Positions 17,668 through 27,505 of a stretch of 42,403 bases of DNA are shown here, in pieces. Under the pieces are notes generated by a model that worked only from the letters and a program-made list of their open reading frames with translations, searched no databases and had not been told where the DNA came from. Within the stretch, counting starts at the first letter, position 1. The number at the start of each line of letters is the position of its first letter. This DNA is from Candidatus Peregrinibacteria bacterium. Its GTDB lineage: Bacteria; Patescibacteriota; Gracilibacteria; UBA1369; UM-FILTER-53-11. Location: assembly GCA_023245725.1 (NCBI GenBank), contig JAHFJU010000005.1:1-42403 (forward strand), given 5' to 3'. Position numbers and translations under genes: made by a program.

Positions 17668-18924
17668 ATGAAAAAAATAATTCTGGCGGTACTAAAAACT
17701 TTCGCACTATACAAAATAAGACGAGTTAAACCCGTAATAATCGGCATAACCGGCTCGTACGGAAAAACAACGATGAAAGAGGTAATTGCTGGCGTTTTGG
17801 CAAAAAAATATCGGGTACTCAAAAGCGAAAAAAGTTTAAATACAGACATTGGTATGTGTCTCGCCATACTAGAACAGAAATCGGGTTTTAGCTCTCCTAT
17901 AGCGTGGGGAGCCATTTTATTTAGAGGATTTTTTAATGCATTCTTTTCGTCGAAAGCTGATTTTTTCGTCTTGGAATATGGTGTCGATAAAAAAGGTGAC
18001 ATGAACTCGCTCATTAAAATCGCGCGACCAAATGTTGCTATTATTACCGCAATTGCTCCGGCTCACCAAGCAGTGGGGCAGTTTAAAAATATCGATGAAA
18101 TTGCGCAAGAAAAAGCCACTTTGGCATATGCGGTAAATGAAAAAGGCTTGGTTATATTAAATCGTGGCAATGAAAATATTAGGAAAATTGCAGAAAAAGT
18201 GAAGGCGAAAATTGCATGGTACAACGATGAAAAAGGATTACATGCCAGCGCAAAACAGGCCGCGCATGGAATTACCGTTTCGCTTACTGCAAATAAAAAA
18301 ACACATTCATTTTTCATGCCAGTAATTGGCACTTTTCACAGTGACTGCGTACAAGTTGCCGCTATCATTGGGCATAATTTTGGCATTGGCCCAACGGCTG
18401 TAAGTGACTCGCTAAAGAATTTCACACCTCCAGTTGGCCGCATGTCGCTGATTGAGGCTAAAAATGGAGCGACCATAATTGACAGCTCTTACAACGCTTC
18501 ACCTGAAACTGTTATTAATGCGCTCGAAATTTTAAAGGAATTTTCAGCAATTCGGCGCATTGCCATACTTGGAAGCATGAATGAACTAGGCGAAATTAGT
18601 GAAAAAGCACACAGAGAAGTCGGCAGAAAGTGCGGCAGCTGGTTGTCGGCACTAATTACCGTTGGAGAAAGCGGAAAAATCATAGCCGATGAGTGCTTGA
18701 AGATGACCGAGAAACCAAGTACTATTGCCTCCTTTGAGAGCGCAAAAGCCGCAAGCGAGTACATAAACACAGTATACAAACTGCAAAGAGGAGACGTTAT
18801 ACTGGTGAAAGGATCTCAAAACAAGGTACGCCTTGAAAGGACAGTAAAGGCACTTATGGCTCACCCAGAGAAGGCAAACAAACTTCTTTGCAGACAAGAG
18901 CCCGAGTGGCTATCTAAAGAGTAA
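17668..18924 (+). CDS. murF: UDP-MurNAc-tripeptide:D-Ala-D-Ala ligase
   Basis: GITGSYGKTT, VLEYG, GRM, IDSSYNASP, LGSMNELG, LVKGSQ. Confidence 0.9.
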   Translation: MKKIILAVLKTFALYKIRRVKPVIIGITGSYGKTTMKEVIAGVLAKKYRVLKSEKSLNTDIGMCLAILEQKSGFSSPIAWGAILFRGFFNAFFSSKADFFVLEYGVDKKGDMNSLIKIARPNVAIITAIAPAHQAVGQFKNIDEIAQEKATLAYAVNEKGLVILNRGNENIRKIAEKVKAKIAWYNDEKGLHASAKQAAHGITVSLTANKKTHSFFMPVIGTFHSDCVQVAAIIGHNFGIGPTAVSDSLKNFTPPVGRMSLIEAKNGATIIDSSYNASPETVINALEILKEFSAIRRIAILGSMNELGEISEKAHREVGRKCGSWLSALITVGESGKIIADECLKMTEKPSTIASFESAKAASEYINTVYKLQRGDVILVKGSQNKVRLERTVKALMAHPEKANKLLCRQEPEWLSKE

Positions 18925-18931
18925 TAATCAT

Positions 18932-19879
18932 ATGATCTATTCGTGGTCTACCATCGGGCATAATAAGCAATTGAACCAACTCGAACATGACATTCATGGC
19001 GAAAGACTTTCTCATGCCTATTTATTTGTTGGCCCAGCAGGAATTGGAAAAATGCACATTGCAAAAACTCTTGCTGGAATAATTCAGTGCCCGAATAATT
19101 ATTGCCGAACGTGCCCGATCTGCAAACAGATAGAAAAAAACATTCATCAAGATACAATTCAACTTGTCGACAAGGGCGAATCTATAAAAATTGAAGAGGT
19201 GAAAGGACTTGTAGAACGCGTAAACTTAAGCACTCAGAGCAATCGTAAAGTCGTCATTATCGACGGGCTTGAGCGACTTACTCCAGAGGCGGCGAATGCA
19301 CTTCTTAAAACACTCGAAGAGCCTCCATCACACACCATCATCATTGCTACTATTCACGATTTACATGCAACGCTAGCTACAATTGTTTCACGCATGAGGG
19401 CTGTTTATTTTAAAAAACCAACGCACGCAGAAATTCGCGCGGCCTTGGCACAACTTTACCCTCAGGCAAATACCGAAACTATTGAAAGCGCAGTAGCATT
19501 ATCGTTTGGCGCAAGCGGCCGCGCGCGCGCATTGGTAGAAGATCCAGAGCGTCTTTCTGAATTAAGAAAAGAATTCGACCATATTGCCTATTTATATGAG
19601 CAAGAAGGCCTAGCCGAAAGAATAGTTCACATGGGCGAACTTACAAAAGCCGAAGCCGAAGAAAAAGATGAAAAAAAAGCTCCAGTCATAGTTTCGAAAT
19701 TCCTCGATACTCTTCAGCTGTTTTTACATCAAAAACTACACCAATTTATCGGGGACGAAGCGCAGCAATTACGCATTATTTCACATATTGAGAAAGCCCA
19801 CGATGCCCGACAACTTTATGAAAAAAACATCAATACGCGCCTTATACTCGAGCATCTCAACGTTAATCTGCTAAAATAG
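18932..19879 (+). CDS. holB: DNA polymerase III delta' subunit
   Basis: HAYLFVGPAGIGK, zinc cysteines, ANALLKTLEEPP, TIVSR; 315 aa. Confidence 0.88.
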   Translation: MIYSWSTIGHNKQLNQLEHDIHGERLSHAYLFVGPAGIGKMHIAKTLAGIIQCPNNYCRTCPICKQIEKNIHQDTIQLVDKGESIKIEEVKGLVERVNLSTQSNRKVVIIDGLERLTPEAANALLKTLEEPPSHTIIIATIHDLHATLATIVSRMRAVYFKKPTHAEIRAALAQLYPQANTETIESAVALSFGASGRARALVEDPERLSELRKEFDHIAYLYEQEGLAERIVHMGELTKAEAEEKDEKKAPVIVSKFLDTLQLFLHQKLHQFIGDEAQQLRIISHIEKAHDARQLYEKNINTRLILEHLNVNLLK

Positions 19880-19888
19880 CCCCACTTT

Positions 19889-20668
19889 ATGTTTGAACTC
19901 CTCATTGCAGCATCGGCTCTGTCTCTCATTATCATGATATTTCGCAGACAAGCACGCATAATAGAACAAAAACGCCCGGTAGATTGGGGAATGGCAGGCC
20001 ACGTTCCCGAAACTGTAGCAAAACAAGAAGAAGCAAACGAAGAGTCCGCTCAACGCACAACCGATGAAAATAAAACCGAACAAAACGAACCTCTCGATTT
20101 TCAGTCTATAAATAAATATTTACGTGAAGCGGAAACGTATTTTGCCAGAAGCGAGTTTGAAGATGCCGAAAAATCATTCATCAAAGTACTGTCGTATCAA
20201 GACGATCACCCAGAAGCCCTAAATAAACTTTCGATTATTTACATTCAAGGCGACGATTTGAGAAAGGCCGAGTTGATGATGACAAAGCTAATGAATACGA
20301 ATACTAAAGATCCTACTCATTTTTGTAATTATGGCCGATGTCTCTACAGCCTTGGGCGTAAAGAAGATGCAATTACTGCATACTTGAAAGCTATTGAACT
20401 TGACCCGAGCAAGCCAAGCAGACATGTTAATGTGGCGAATATTTATTATGAGTTACAGGATTTAAATAAGTCGCTCGAAAACTACCTGCGCGCCCTTGAA
20501 CTTGACCCGTACAACGGGGAATATCTTTCGATTATTGCTGATCTTGCTGAGCAAACTGGCGACACCGAAGTGCAATATAAAACGCTAAAAAAGATGCTCG
20601 ATATTGACCCGTATAACTACGAAGCAAAACGAAAATTCGACAAAGTGGCGCAACAACTTGGCAGATAA
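19889..20668 (+). CDS. Membrane-anchored TPR protein
   Basis: N-terminal TM segment; repeated TPR signatures (AITAYLKAIELDP, YLRALELDP). Confidence 0.88.
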   Translation: MFELLIAASALSLIIMIFRRQARIIEQKRPVDWGMAGHVPETVAKQEEANEESAQRTTDENKTEQNEPLDFQSINKYLREAETYFARSEFEDAEKSFIKVLSYQDDHPEALNKLSIIYIQGDDLRKAELMMTKLMNTNTKDPTHFCNYGRCLYSLGRKEDAITAYLKAIELDPSKPSRHVNVANIYYELQDLNKSLENYLRALELDPYNGEYLSIIADLAEQTGDTEVQYKTLKKMLDIDPYNYEAKRKFDKVAQQLGR

Positions 20669-20690
20669 ATAATTACGTTCAAACGAATTA

Positions 20691-22523
20691 TCACTCAAAC
20701 GGATTCACATCTGCCGGACCTGCAACAGGGGGAGCGACCGGACCACCCACAAGAAACTTATTTGGCACAGCTTTATAGTGGCTCTTTATTGCTTCTTTAG
20801 TCTCAACACCATCTTTAACAATTGTGCGATACCAGAGGGCATCAAAACCTCCATGAGCCTTTTCAACCTGCTTTCGTTGCCCTGGTTTTAGCTTTGCATC
20901 GGGAACCTCGAGAGGCGCCGACGGGGCCGACTGTTTATTAGAAATATATGGACCATCTAAGTTCACTGTACGCGTGTCTTTAGTGCCGTATAGCTTGAAA
21001 TGCGCCGACGTGCCCTCAGTATATGCCTGAATAATTAGCGGCCCAGGAGTATCGTTTTTAAACTTCATATCGACGTTTGGCGGATACACGGTTGCATCGA
21101 GCCCATGGCCTCCAACTTGAGCATAATACTGAACTGCGTATGAGTGTGGACTGCGCTTAAGAATAGGCAATCCTGCATAAAGAGCGGCACGATACAAAGT
21201 AGTTGAGACCTGACATAAACCTCCTCCAAATTCAGGAATCGTTCCTTCAGGTTTAATTACCAACTCCTTTAAAAAACCATGTTCGCCATCGACTGGCCCA
21301 ATGTTTTCATCGAATGAAAACTCTTCACCCTGTGCAATCATAATACCGTTATATTTTGCAACTCCAGTGGCAATATTATGCTGGCGATTTTCAGGAGAAC
21401 CATTGTAAGTTGTATAACCATCGACAACTAATTCAGTAATACCAAGCGCCTGCAGTTCAGGAGCAATATCGAGTTTTGAAGCCACAGTTCTCATAGGAAT
21501 TTCGACAGGATTTTCACTCGCCATATTCATTAGTTTCGCAATAGAAATGTGCAAGCTGTCGCGATCAACTACAGAACCATCAACACCTTTCCCTTCAACT
21601 TTTATTTGATCATTTTCTTTATAAATTTTTACATCTTCCGGCTGATGATCAAGTGAAGTTGCCAATTTTTCATCGACGAATTTATTAAAACTTACAGGAT
21701 CCCAATACATCAGATACGGCAACCCCTGCAGCGGAACCGCGGCAGTTGAAATGCTAAATGGCGCGGTATCTTGACGGTCGAAACGAATCCACTCGGGATG
21801 ATCTCTAAAATTAATTTCCCATTTCTGTTTCTCAAAAGTTAGCGTAATTATTTTTGGAAACGACTCCTTCAAAAGCGGTAAATATGGCTCTAAATCGGCT
21901 GTTTGAATACTAGGCATGTTCTCTGAAAATTTCACCGTGAGAGCTGGAGTCTCAAAAAATCTGATATTATTTTCAAGTTGAAGCGCAAGTGTTTCTACAT
22001 CGGGAGTGAGCCCTATTTCGGCAGGAGTAACAGCCAATCCTCCAGTAACTTTTTTCAAATATGCATTCTTCGCCTGTGGAACCGCAGAAAATTTCTTGTA
22101 AATAAGTTGCTCAAGTTGCGTTCGCGAAATCGCCGGATCAACAAAATATCTATGACCTGCAAATCCTTTTATAATCAATGACAACTGCGAAATTTTTGCA
22201 GAAGTTGGCAGTGAATTTATTAGAGCATTGTCATCGAATAATGTACCAAAATCAGCGAGGCTAAATGTTTGAACTTCTCCCATTGTCTTTTTCGTTACCG
22301 CATTTTGAGCAGAAAGAGTAATAGGAGCCGAGAGCAATTGAGCCAAGCGTTCTTTTAATTTTGTTCGCGCATTAATTTTAGACATTCCACCCAAATTAAT
22401 ATCACCGACAAAAGAGCGGGGGAGTATTAAATCGTTTCGGCGGTAAACATCGAGAGTTAAAATTCCCGTGAATACGGCTAGAACGAGCGCTGTTGAAATG
22501 ATAATGCGTAGAACGCTATCCAT
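20691..22523 (-). CDS. VanW-family protein with peptidoglycan-binding repeats and a G5-like tail
   Basis: N-terminal TM segment; NRQHNI, GEEFSF, GGGLCQVSTTLYRAA, GLDATVY, DMKFKNDT. Confidence 0.9.
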   Translation of the reverse strand: MDSVLRIIISTALVLAVFTGILTLDVYRRNDLILPRSFVGDINLGGMSKINARTKLKERLAQLLSAPITLSAQNAVTKKTMGEVQTFSLADFGTLFDDNALINSLPTSAKISQLSLIIKGFAGHRYFVDPAISRTQLEQLIYKKFSAVPQAKNAYLKKVTGGLAVTPAEIGLTPDVETLALQLENNIRFFETPALTVKFSENMPSIQTADLEPYLPLLKESFPKIITLTFEKQKWEINFRDHPEWIRFDRQDTAPFSISTAAVPLQGLPYLMYWDPVSFNKFVDEKLATSLDHQPEDVKIYKENDQIKVEGKGVDGSVVDRDSLHISIAKLMNMASENPVEIPMRTVASKLDIAPELQALGITELVVDGYTTYNGSPENRQHNIATGVAKYNGIMIAQGEEFSFDENIGPVDGEHGFLKELVIKPEGTIPEFGGGLCQVSTTLYRAALYAGLPILKRSPHSYAVQYYAQVGGHGLDATVYPPNVDMKFKNDTPGPLIIQAYTEGTSAHFKLYGTKDTRTVNLDGPYISNKQSAPSAPLEVPDAKLKPGQRKQVEKAHGGFDALWYRTIVKDGVETKEAIKSHYKAVPNKFLVGGPVAPPVAGPADVNPFE

Positions 22524-22686
22524 GGGTCGTATAATAAATGAGCCAGCTAAAAAATACCAACCTGCTTTTCACAAATGACACCAAATTCATAGCATGTTTA
22601 TGAAAGCTCACGCCTAAAAATAGAATTAACGAAAAAATATTACTTCAAAAACTGCCAAGAACATTTAGAGTAATTGCCTTTGAGCA

Positions 22687-22974
22687 TTAGATTTTTTTCA
22701 CGATTTTCTTCATCCATCTGAATAGTCCTTTTCTGCTCCTTTCCATTGAATTCTTTGCAGACGCGATAGTTTCATGATGTTCATCGAGAAATTCCTCACT
22801 AGCCTCTTTGCCTTTATTAATAAGTTCTTCACCTTTGTCAGTAATCATTTTTCTTGTTTCGCTACCTTTGCGAGGTGCAAGAGTAAGACCCAATACAGAG
22901 CCAATAGCCCCACCGATAATGACTCCAGTTACAAGATTTTCGAACTTCTTTGTGATTTTTTTATTCTCAGCCAT
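22687..22974 (-). CDS. YtxH-like protein
   Basis: GVIIGGAIGSVLGLTLAPRKGSETR. Confidence 0.85.
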   Translation of the reverse strand: MAENKKITKKFENLVTGVIIGGAIGSVLGLTLAPRKGSETRKMITDKGEELINKGKEASEEFLDEHHETIASAKNSMERSRKGLFRWMKKIVKKI

Positions 22975-23039
22975 AAGAAAAATTTGTTAAGACAGGGCTC
23001 AGTTTAGTACGAATACAAATTGTGTGCAATAGGAGGGAA

Positions 23040-23969
23040 TTATGCGTAATCTACGTAAGCAGTAACACCTTTTACATATTTGATAACGCTCATAGCGGCG
23101 TTGCACCCCTCACCCGAACTTTTACATGCCTGCGCGTTACCGCCTGTACAATCACCAGCGGCAAATAATCCCTTCAAATTAGTGGAACCAGTTCGCGAAT
23201 CAGCGACAATAAATGCATTTTGAGGCCCAGTTCGCTCAACACCCAATTTAAGGGCAAAATCGCCAGCACCAGCCACGCCAAGAGCAAGAAACACTCCATC
23301 GAAAGCACGCTCTGAACCATCTGCAAATTTAATTTTTTCTAACTTATTCTCGCCTATAAACTCAGAAATTTTAAGAGATTTTTCAAGGATTACGCCGCGT
23401 TCCTGCAATCCAGCCATCATTCGATTATTCATTGTAAACTCTTTTCCATGGCTCAAAATAGTTACTTGTTTAGAGAAAGAGAGGAGTTGCAACGCTTCTT
23501 CACCTGCAAAATCTGTGGAACCTACTATCGCAAGATTTTTTTGCTTAAAAAAGAACCCATCGCAGGTAACGCAAAACGAAACTCCTTTACCAGTTAAATC
23601 TTTTTCACGTCGAATTCCAGATGGCTTAAATCCTAATCCTGTACAAATTATTACAGTTTTCGAAGGATATTCACCTAACTCGCTGTCTGTAATAACAAAC
23701 CCTTCACCAGTGTCATTTGCCCGAATATCGACGACTAACTTTTCAAGATGATCTGCACCGAAACTCTTGGCTTGTTCAAGCCCCTGAATCATAAGTTGAG
23801 GGCCAGAAATTCCTTCGGTAAATCCAAAATAATTTTCGATTAAATGAGCTTTATATGCGTTTGATGCTTTTATGTCACCAATTACCAAGGTTTTTAGCTG
23901 TGCACGGGCGCAATAAAGTGCTGCCGTTAGGCCTGCGGGGCCAGTGCCGATAATAATTGTGTCGTACAT
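23040..23969 (-). CDS. trxB: Thioredoxin reductase-like flavoprotein
   Basis: IIIGTGPAGLTAA, IENYFGF, GVSFCVTCDG, FAAGDC; ATG at 23969. Confidence 0.88.
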   Translation of the reverse strand: MYDTIIIGTGPAGLTAALYCARAQLKTLVIGDIKASNAYKAHLIENYFGFTEGISGPQLMIQGLEQAKSFGADHLEKLVVDIRANDTGEGFVITDSELGEYPSKTVIICTGLGFKPSGIRREKDLTGKGVSFCVTCDGFFFKQKNLAIVGSTDFAGEEALQLLSFSKQVTILSHGKEFTMNNRMMAGLQERGVILEKSLKISEFIGENKLEKIKFADGSERAFDGVFLALGVAGAGDFALKLGVERTGPQNAFIVADSRTGSTNLKGLFAAGDCTGGNAQACKSSGEGCNAAMSVIKYVKGVTAYVDYA

Positions 23970-24053
23970 GCCAAGGAACAATAATAAAATAGGAGTCAAT
24001 AATCAAACCAGAATAGTCATACCGACAGACAGCTAGCCATACTTAACTTACCC

Positions 24054-25610
24054 CTAGCGACCACCGGCAATCTCTGCGCCGGCAGACTTACGCGCTGTAC
24101 TGGTAGACTTTGTGTTACGAATAGTTACTATGCGAATTTTTCCCGGATAGCCGCCTTTTGCTTCAACTTTTTTTGCGATTTCATCTGCAAGAGGTTGAAG
24201 GTTCTGGTCATACAATTTTTCATGATCAACAATTACGCGAAGCTCACGACCAGCATTTATTGCAAATGCTTTTCTAACTCCAGCAGACTCAAAAGCTGTG
24301 TTTTGGAGCTCAATAATTCGCTCAACGTAGCGGTCTGTAGACTCTGCTCGAGCGCCTGGACGACCAGCAGAAATTGCGTCGGCTGCTTTAACAATGAGAG
24401 CCTCAACAGTTTCTTGCGGAATCGCATCGTGATGAGTCCATGCTGCGTGAACTATCTCCCAAGAGAAACCATATTTTTCAAGTAATTCTTTTGAAAGATA
24501 ATCGTGAGAACCACCAACTTCTTGATCGATTGCTTTTCCAAGATCATGAAAGAATCCACCAAGAAATGCTGTTCTTTCATCTGCGCCAATACGTGCGGCG
24601 ATTAAACGTGCAAAGTAACCAACCTCGGCACAGTGGCGCATAACGTTTTGGCCAAAACTTGTTCTATATTTCAAACGACCAACCAGCACAGCAAAATCAG
24701 GAGGCATATTTAGAACCCCAATCTCTTTTAAAATGCGCATTCCTTCAACTTGCAACAGACGCTCAACCTCTGCAACCGCGCGCTCTTTTACCTTAACAAT
24801 AACATCTTCATTTATAATTTTTTCACGCATCAGAAACTCCATTCCGATACGAGCAGTTTCTTCAGCTACTATATTAAAACAGCTGATAATAATTGTATTT
24901 GGCTCATCGTTAAATATTACATCGACACCAAACAGCTCTTCAAAAAATGCAATTAAACGACCACCGCGGCCTACAATTCGCCCTTTCACTTCGTCGTGAA
25001 GAACTTTTATTTTCGCCATGTTAGGAGAACGAGCAGCACCAGAACTGTAACGGCAAATGCACTCAGACAGTACCGCGCGCGCGTCTTTATTCACCGTTTC
25101 TTGAGCCAACTCTTGCGCGCGCGCCAAACGCAACTCCGCATCGTGAGTAAACTCCGCGGAATATTTATTCATTAACTCTTCGCGTGCGCTATCGCGTGTA
25201 ACTCCTGTAAGACGAATTAAATCATCTGCCAAACGTTTTTCAATTTCTTCACACTGCTGTCGAATTTGTTTAACAGCAGACTCTTCGTTGTCATATTCTT
25301 TTTGCATTTCTGCAATTCGAGCATCGCGTTTTGCAAGCGACTGAGCCTTTACATCAATCATTTTGTTTAGAGTGTCCGCCTCAAGAGAAAGCTCTTTTTC
25401 GTCGAACACAATCTGTTTGCGAATTTCATCGGCCTTCAAATTTGCACGAGTAATCAACTCTTTTTTTTGAGTCTGAACTTCAGAATCAAGATCTTCGATT
25501 TTTCGCTCGTAATCATCTTGGCTGTATGGCTTTGGTTTTAAAACATAGGCTCCGAACAGAAACCCTCCGCCCAAGCCTGCTAACAATAAGACTAAATCTA
25601 ATAATGGCAT
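24054..25610 (-). CDS. rny: Ribonuclease Y
   Basis: N-terminal TM, coiled coil, KH domain (KGRIVGRGGR), HD domain (HDLGK), ADAISAGRPGAR, AGRELRV. Confidence 0.95.
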   Translation of the reverse strand: MPLLDLVLLLAGLGGGFLFGAYVLKPKPYSQDDYERKIEDLDSEVQTQKKELITRANLKADEIRKQIVFDEKELSLEADTLNKMIDVKAQSLAKRDARIAEMQKEYDNEESAVKQIRQQCEEIEKRLADDLIRLTGVTRDSAREELMNKYSAEFTHDAELRLARAQELAQETVNKDARAVLSECICRYSSGAARSPNMAKIKVLHDEVKGRIVGRGGRLIAFFEELFGVDVIFNDEPNTIIISCFNIVAEETARIGMEFLMREKIINEDVIVKVKERAVAEVERLLQVEGMRILKEIGVLNMPPDFAVLVGRLKYRTSFGQNVMRHCAEVGYFARLIAARIGADERTAFLGGFFHDLGKAIDQEVGGSHDYLSKELLEKYGFSWEIVHAAWTHHDAIPQETVEALIVKAADAISAGRPGARAESTDRYVERIIELQNTAFESAGVRKAFAINAGRELRVIVDHEKLYDQNLQPLADEIAKKVEAKGGYPGKIRIVTIRNTKSTSTARKSAGAEIAGGR

Positions 25611-25667
25611 AGTGATGGCAGTATACCATAAATCGTTGAAAAAAAAGGCACCGATACTACTGGGTAG

Positions 25668-27458
25668 TTATCTCAATTGAGGCATCGCTTTTCTGCCTAT
25701 AAACCAGCCCAAACCGCCTAGAATAAGCGCGAAAATCAATGTCGAATATTCAGGAACCGGCGCTGGTGGATCTGGGGGAGCCGTCGGTGGATCGCCACCG
25801 CCTCCAGGAGGAGGAGAAGAGCCTTCAATAACTCCGTAGCTGTCAAAATGCGGAACAGTAAAAGTTAATACATTGCCAGAACAATAGTCAGCAGTACACG
25901 CAGGAGTCGAATTTGCATCACACACTTGCCCGTTAGCAATTATATCGCTGGCGTTTGTTCTAAATGTGCTGTCGTAATAAATCGTGTACGAAGTACAATC
26001 ATTCACATTCATAGAAACAGTCGCCTCGGAATCAAACGCACCCAGCAAACCAGAAGCATTCACACTAACATAATCAGAACCGACCGAAACATTGCTATTA
26101 AAATCTTGCTGACGTACATCAAGGTCATTTGTCCAAGTTAAATTGCCATACTGGTTACCCAAACGAAGTCCTGACACAGCAGCTAAATTACTTTCTACTG
26201 AAAGATCGGTAGTGCCGTATGGTGCAGAAAAATTACTGCTCAAAACTCCTATTGAAGGAGTTCCTATTGAAACTGATTTTATGTCTGGAGAATAAGAAGT
26301 ATTGCTCGTTTCAAGTGTTGCCTGATATTGGAAATAACGACCAGCTGAAACTACGCCCGAAAGGCTAAATGAAGGGAGTGCAGTTGTGTTTGAATCCTGT
26401 TCTTCAAAATATGAGCCACTTGTACCGTCAGGGCCTACGTAAGATTCAGACGTACACGACGAACCGCAAGAACGAACCTGAAAGCGTACACGTTCGGTTC
26501 CGCGTTTATATAAATTGAGAATTTCAGACGCACCCAAAGAGCGGCTATAAACTGAGACTTCATCAATATTTCCAACGAAATAACCACTATTTAAATTAGA
26601 ATAATCACGACCTATAACCGCCGCTGCACCTGTATCAGTGATTGGACTGGTTGCTTGCTCCGTCTGAACAACACCATCAATATACAAAAGAAACTTACCG
26701 CCTGTTTTTACGGCAGCAATATGATGCCAATTTGAATCAGTATAAGCAGAGTTGGACTTTGAAACCGTATTTAATGCGCTGTTATTGCCAGCGATAACCT
26801 GAAATTTATTGTCAGATCTTAATGTTATTGCGTATCCCTTATAATTTCCCCCAATCAAAGTAAATTTGCTAAAAATACCGCGAGAAGTGCCATTACCTCC
26901 TGTAATTTTTACCCAAGCGGAAATTGTCGGAGTCGACGTTAGTTGTAAGTTCGCGCTATTAGTGAGAGTTACATAATCTCCGGTGCCATCAAAAAGAAGT
27001 GAACTGTTAAATTCACCCGTACTCGAATATGTAGGATTTCCGCTCACCGTTCCTGAAATACTACTACCAGAGGTATCGTCTAATGAACCACTCGATTCGT
27101 TCATATGCATGAGCAAAACATTGTTAGTCATGTTGGCGTTTCCCGTACTGTAAGCCGTTTCTGACACAGCAGAATTTGGAAGCTCTTTTAAATAAGGCTG
27201 TGAAGGAGTCCACCCAAAAGTGCTCCAGCTGGTTGAAGTTAACGCGTCAATTATGCGAGATGTGTAGGTTCCGGTACCAGCGGTTTTTCCGGTGGAGTTT
27301 AATTCTTGCCATGAACTACCGGAATTCCACTGAGTATTTGAGAGAGTGCCAGCGCCAAAGCCATATGTAGCATCGCTAGAATTGTCAGCAAAATCAGCAA
27401 AAACAACTGACGGAAATACCAGTAGCAGTAACAAGGCGAGAGCAATTAATCGTTTCAT
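25668..27458 (-). CDS. Secreted LamG/ConA-like protein with a PEP/PEF-CTERM-like tail (VPEY)
   Basis: Signal peptide; FDGTGDYV, TISAWVK, WHHIAAV, LYIDG, GNIDEV; Pro-rich linker then VPEYST, TM segment and RK. Confidence 0.88.
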   Translation of the reverse strand: MKRLIALALLLLLVFPSVVFADFADNSSDATYGFGAGTLSNTQWNSGSSWQELNSTGKTAGTGTYTSRIIDALTSTSWSTFGWTPSQPYLKELPNSAVSETAYSTGNANMTNNVLLMHMNESSGSLDDTSGSSISGTVSGNPTYSSTGEFNSSLLFDGTGDYVTLTNSANLQLTSTPTISAWVKITGGNGTSRGIFSKFTLIGGNYKGYAITLRSDNKFQVIAGNNSALNTVSKSNSAYTDSNWHHIAAVKTGGKFLLYIDGVVQTEQATSPITDTGAAAVIGRDYSNLNSGYFVGNIDEVSVYSRSLGASEILNLYKRGTERVRFQVRSCGSSCTSESYVGPDGTSGSYFEEQDSNTTALPSFSLSGVVSAGRYFQYQATLETSNTSYSPDIKSVSIGTPSIGVLSSNFSAPYGTTDLSVESNLAAVSGLRLGNQYGNLTWTNDLDVRQQDFNSNVSVGSDYVSVNASGLLGAFDSEATVSMNVNDCTSYTIYYDSTFRTNASDIIANGQVCDANSTPACTADYCSGNVLTFTVPHFDSYGVIEGSSPPPGGGGDPPTAPPDPPAPVPEYSTLIFALILGGLGWFIGRKAMPQLR

Positions 27459-27505
27459 ATTTGTTTGAGTTAAAAACGCACCAATATTAGCAGAGGCATG
27501 AAAAA

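Noticed and set aside
22587..22605. Short inverted repeat TTCATA/TATGAA upstream of vanW
   Set aside because: 6-bp AT-rich arms are expected by chance, and there is no second copy.
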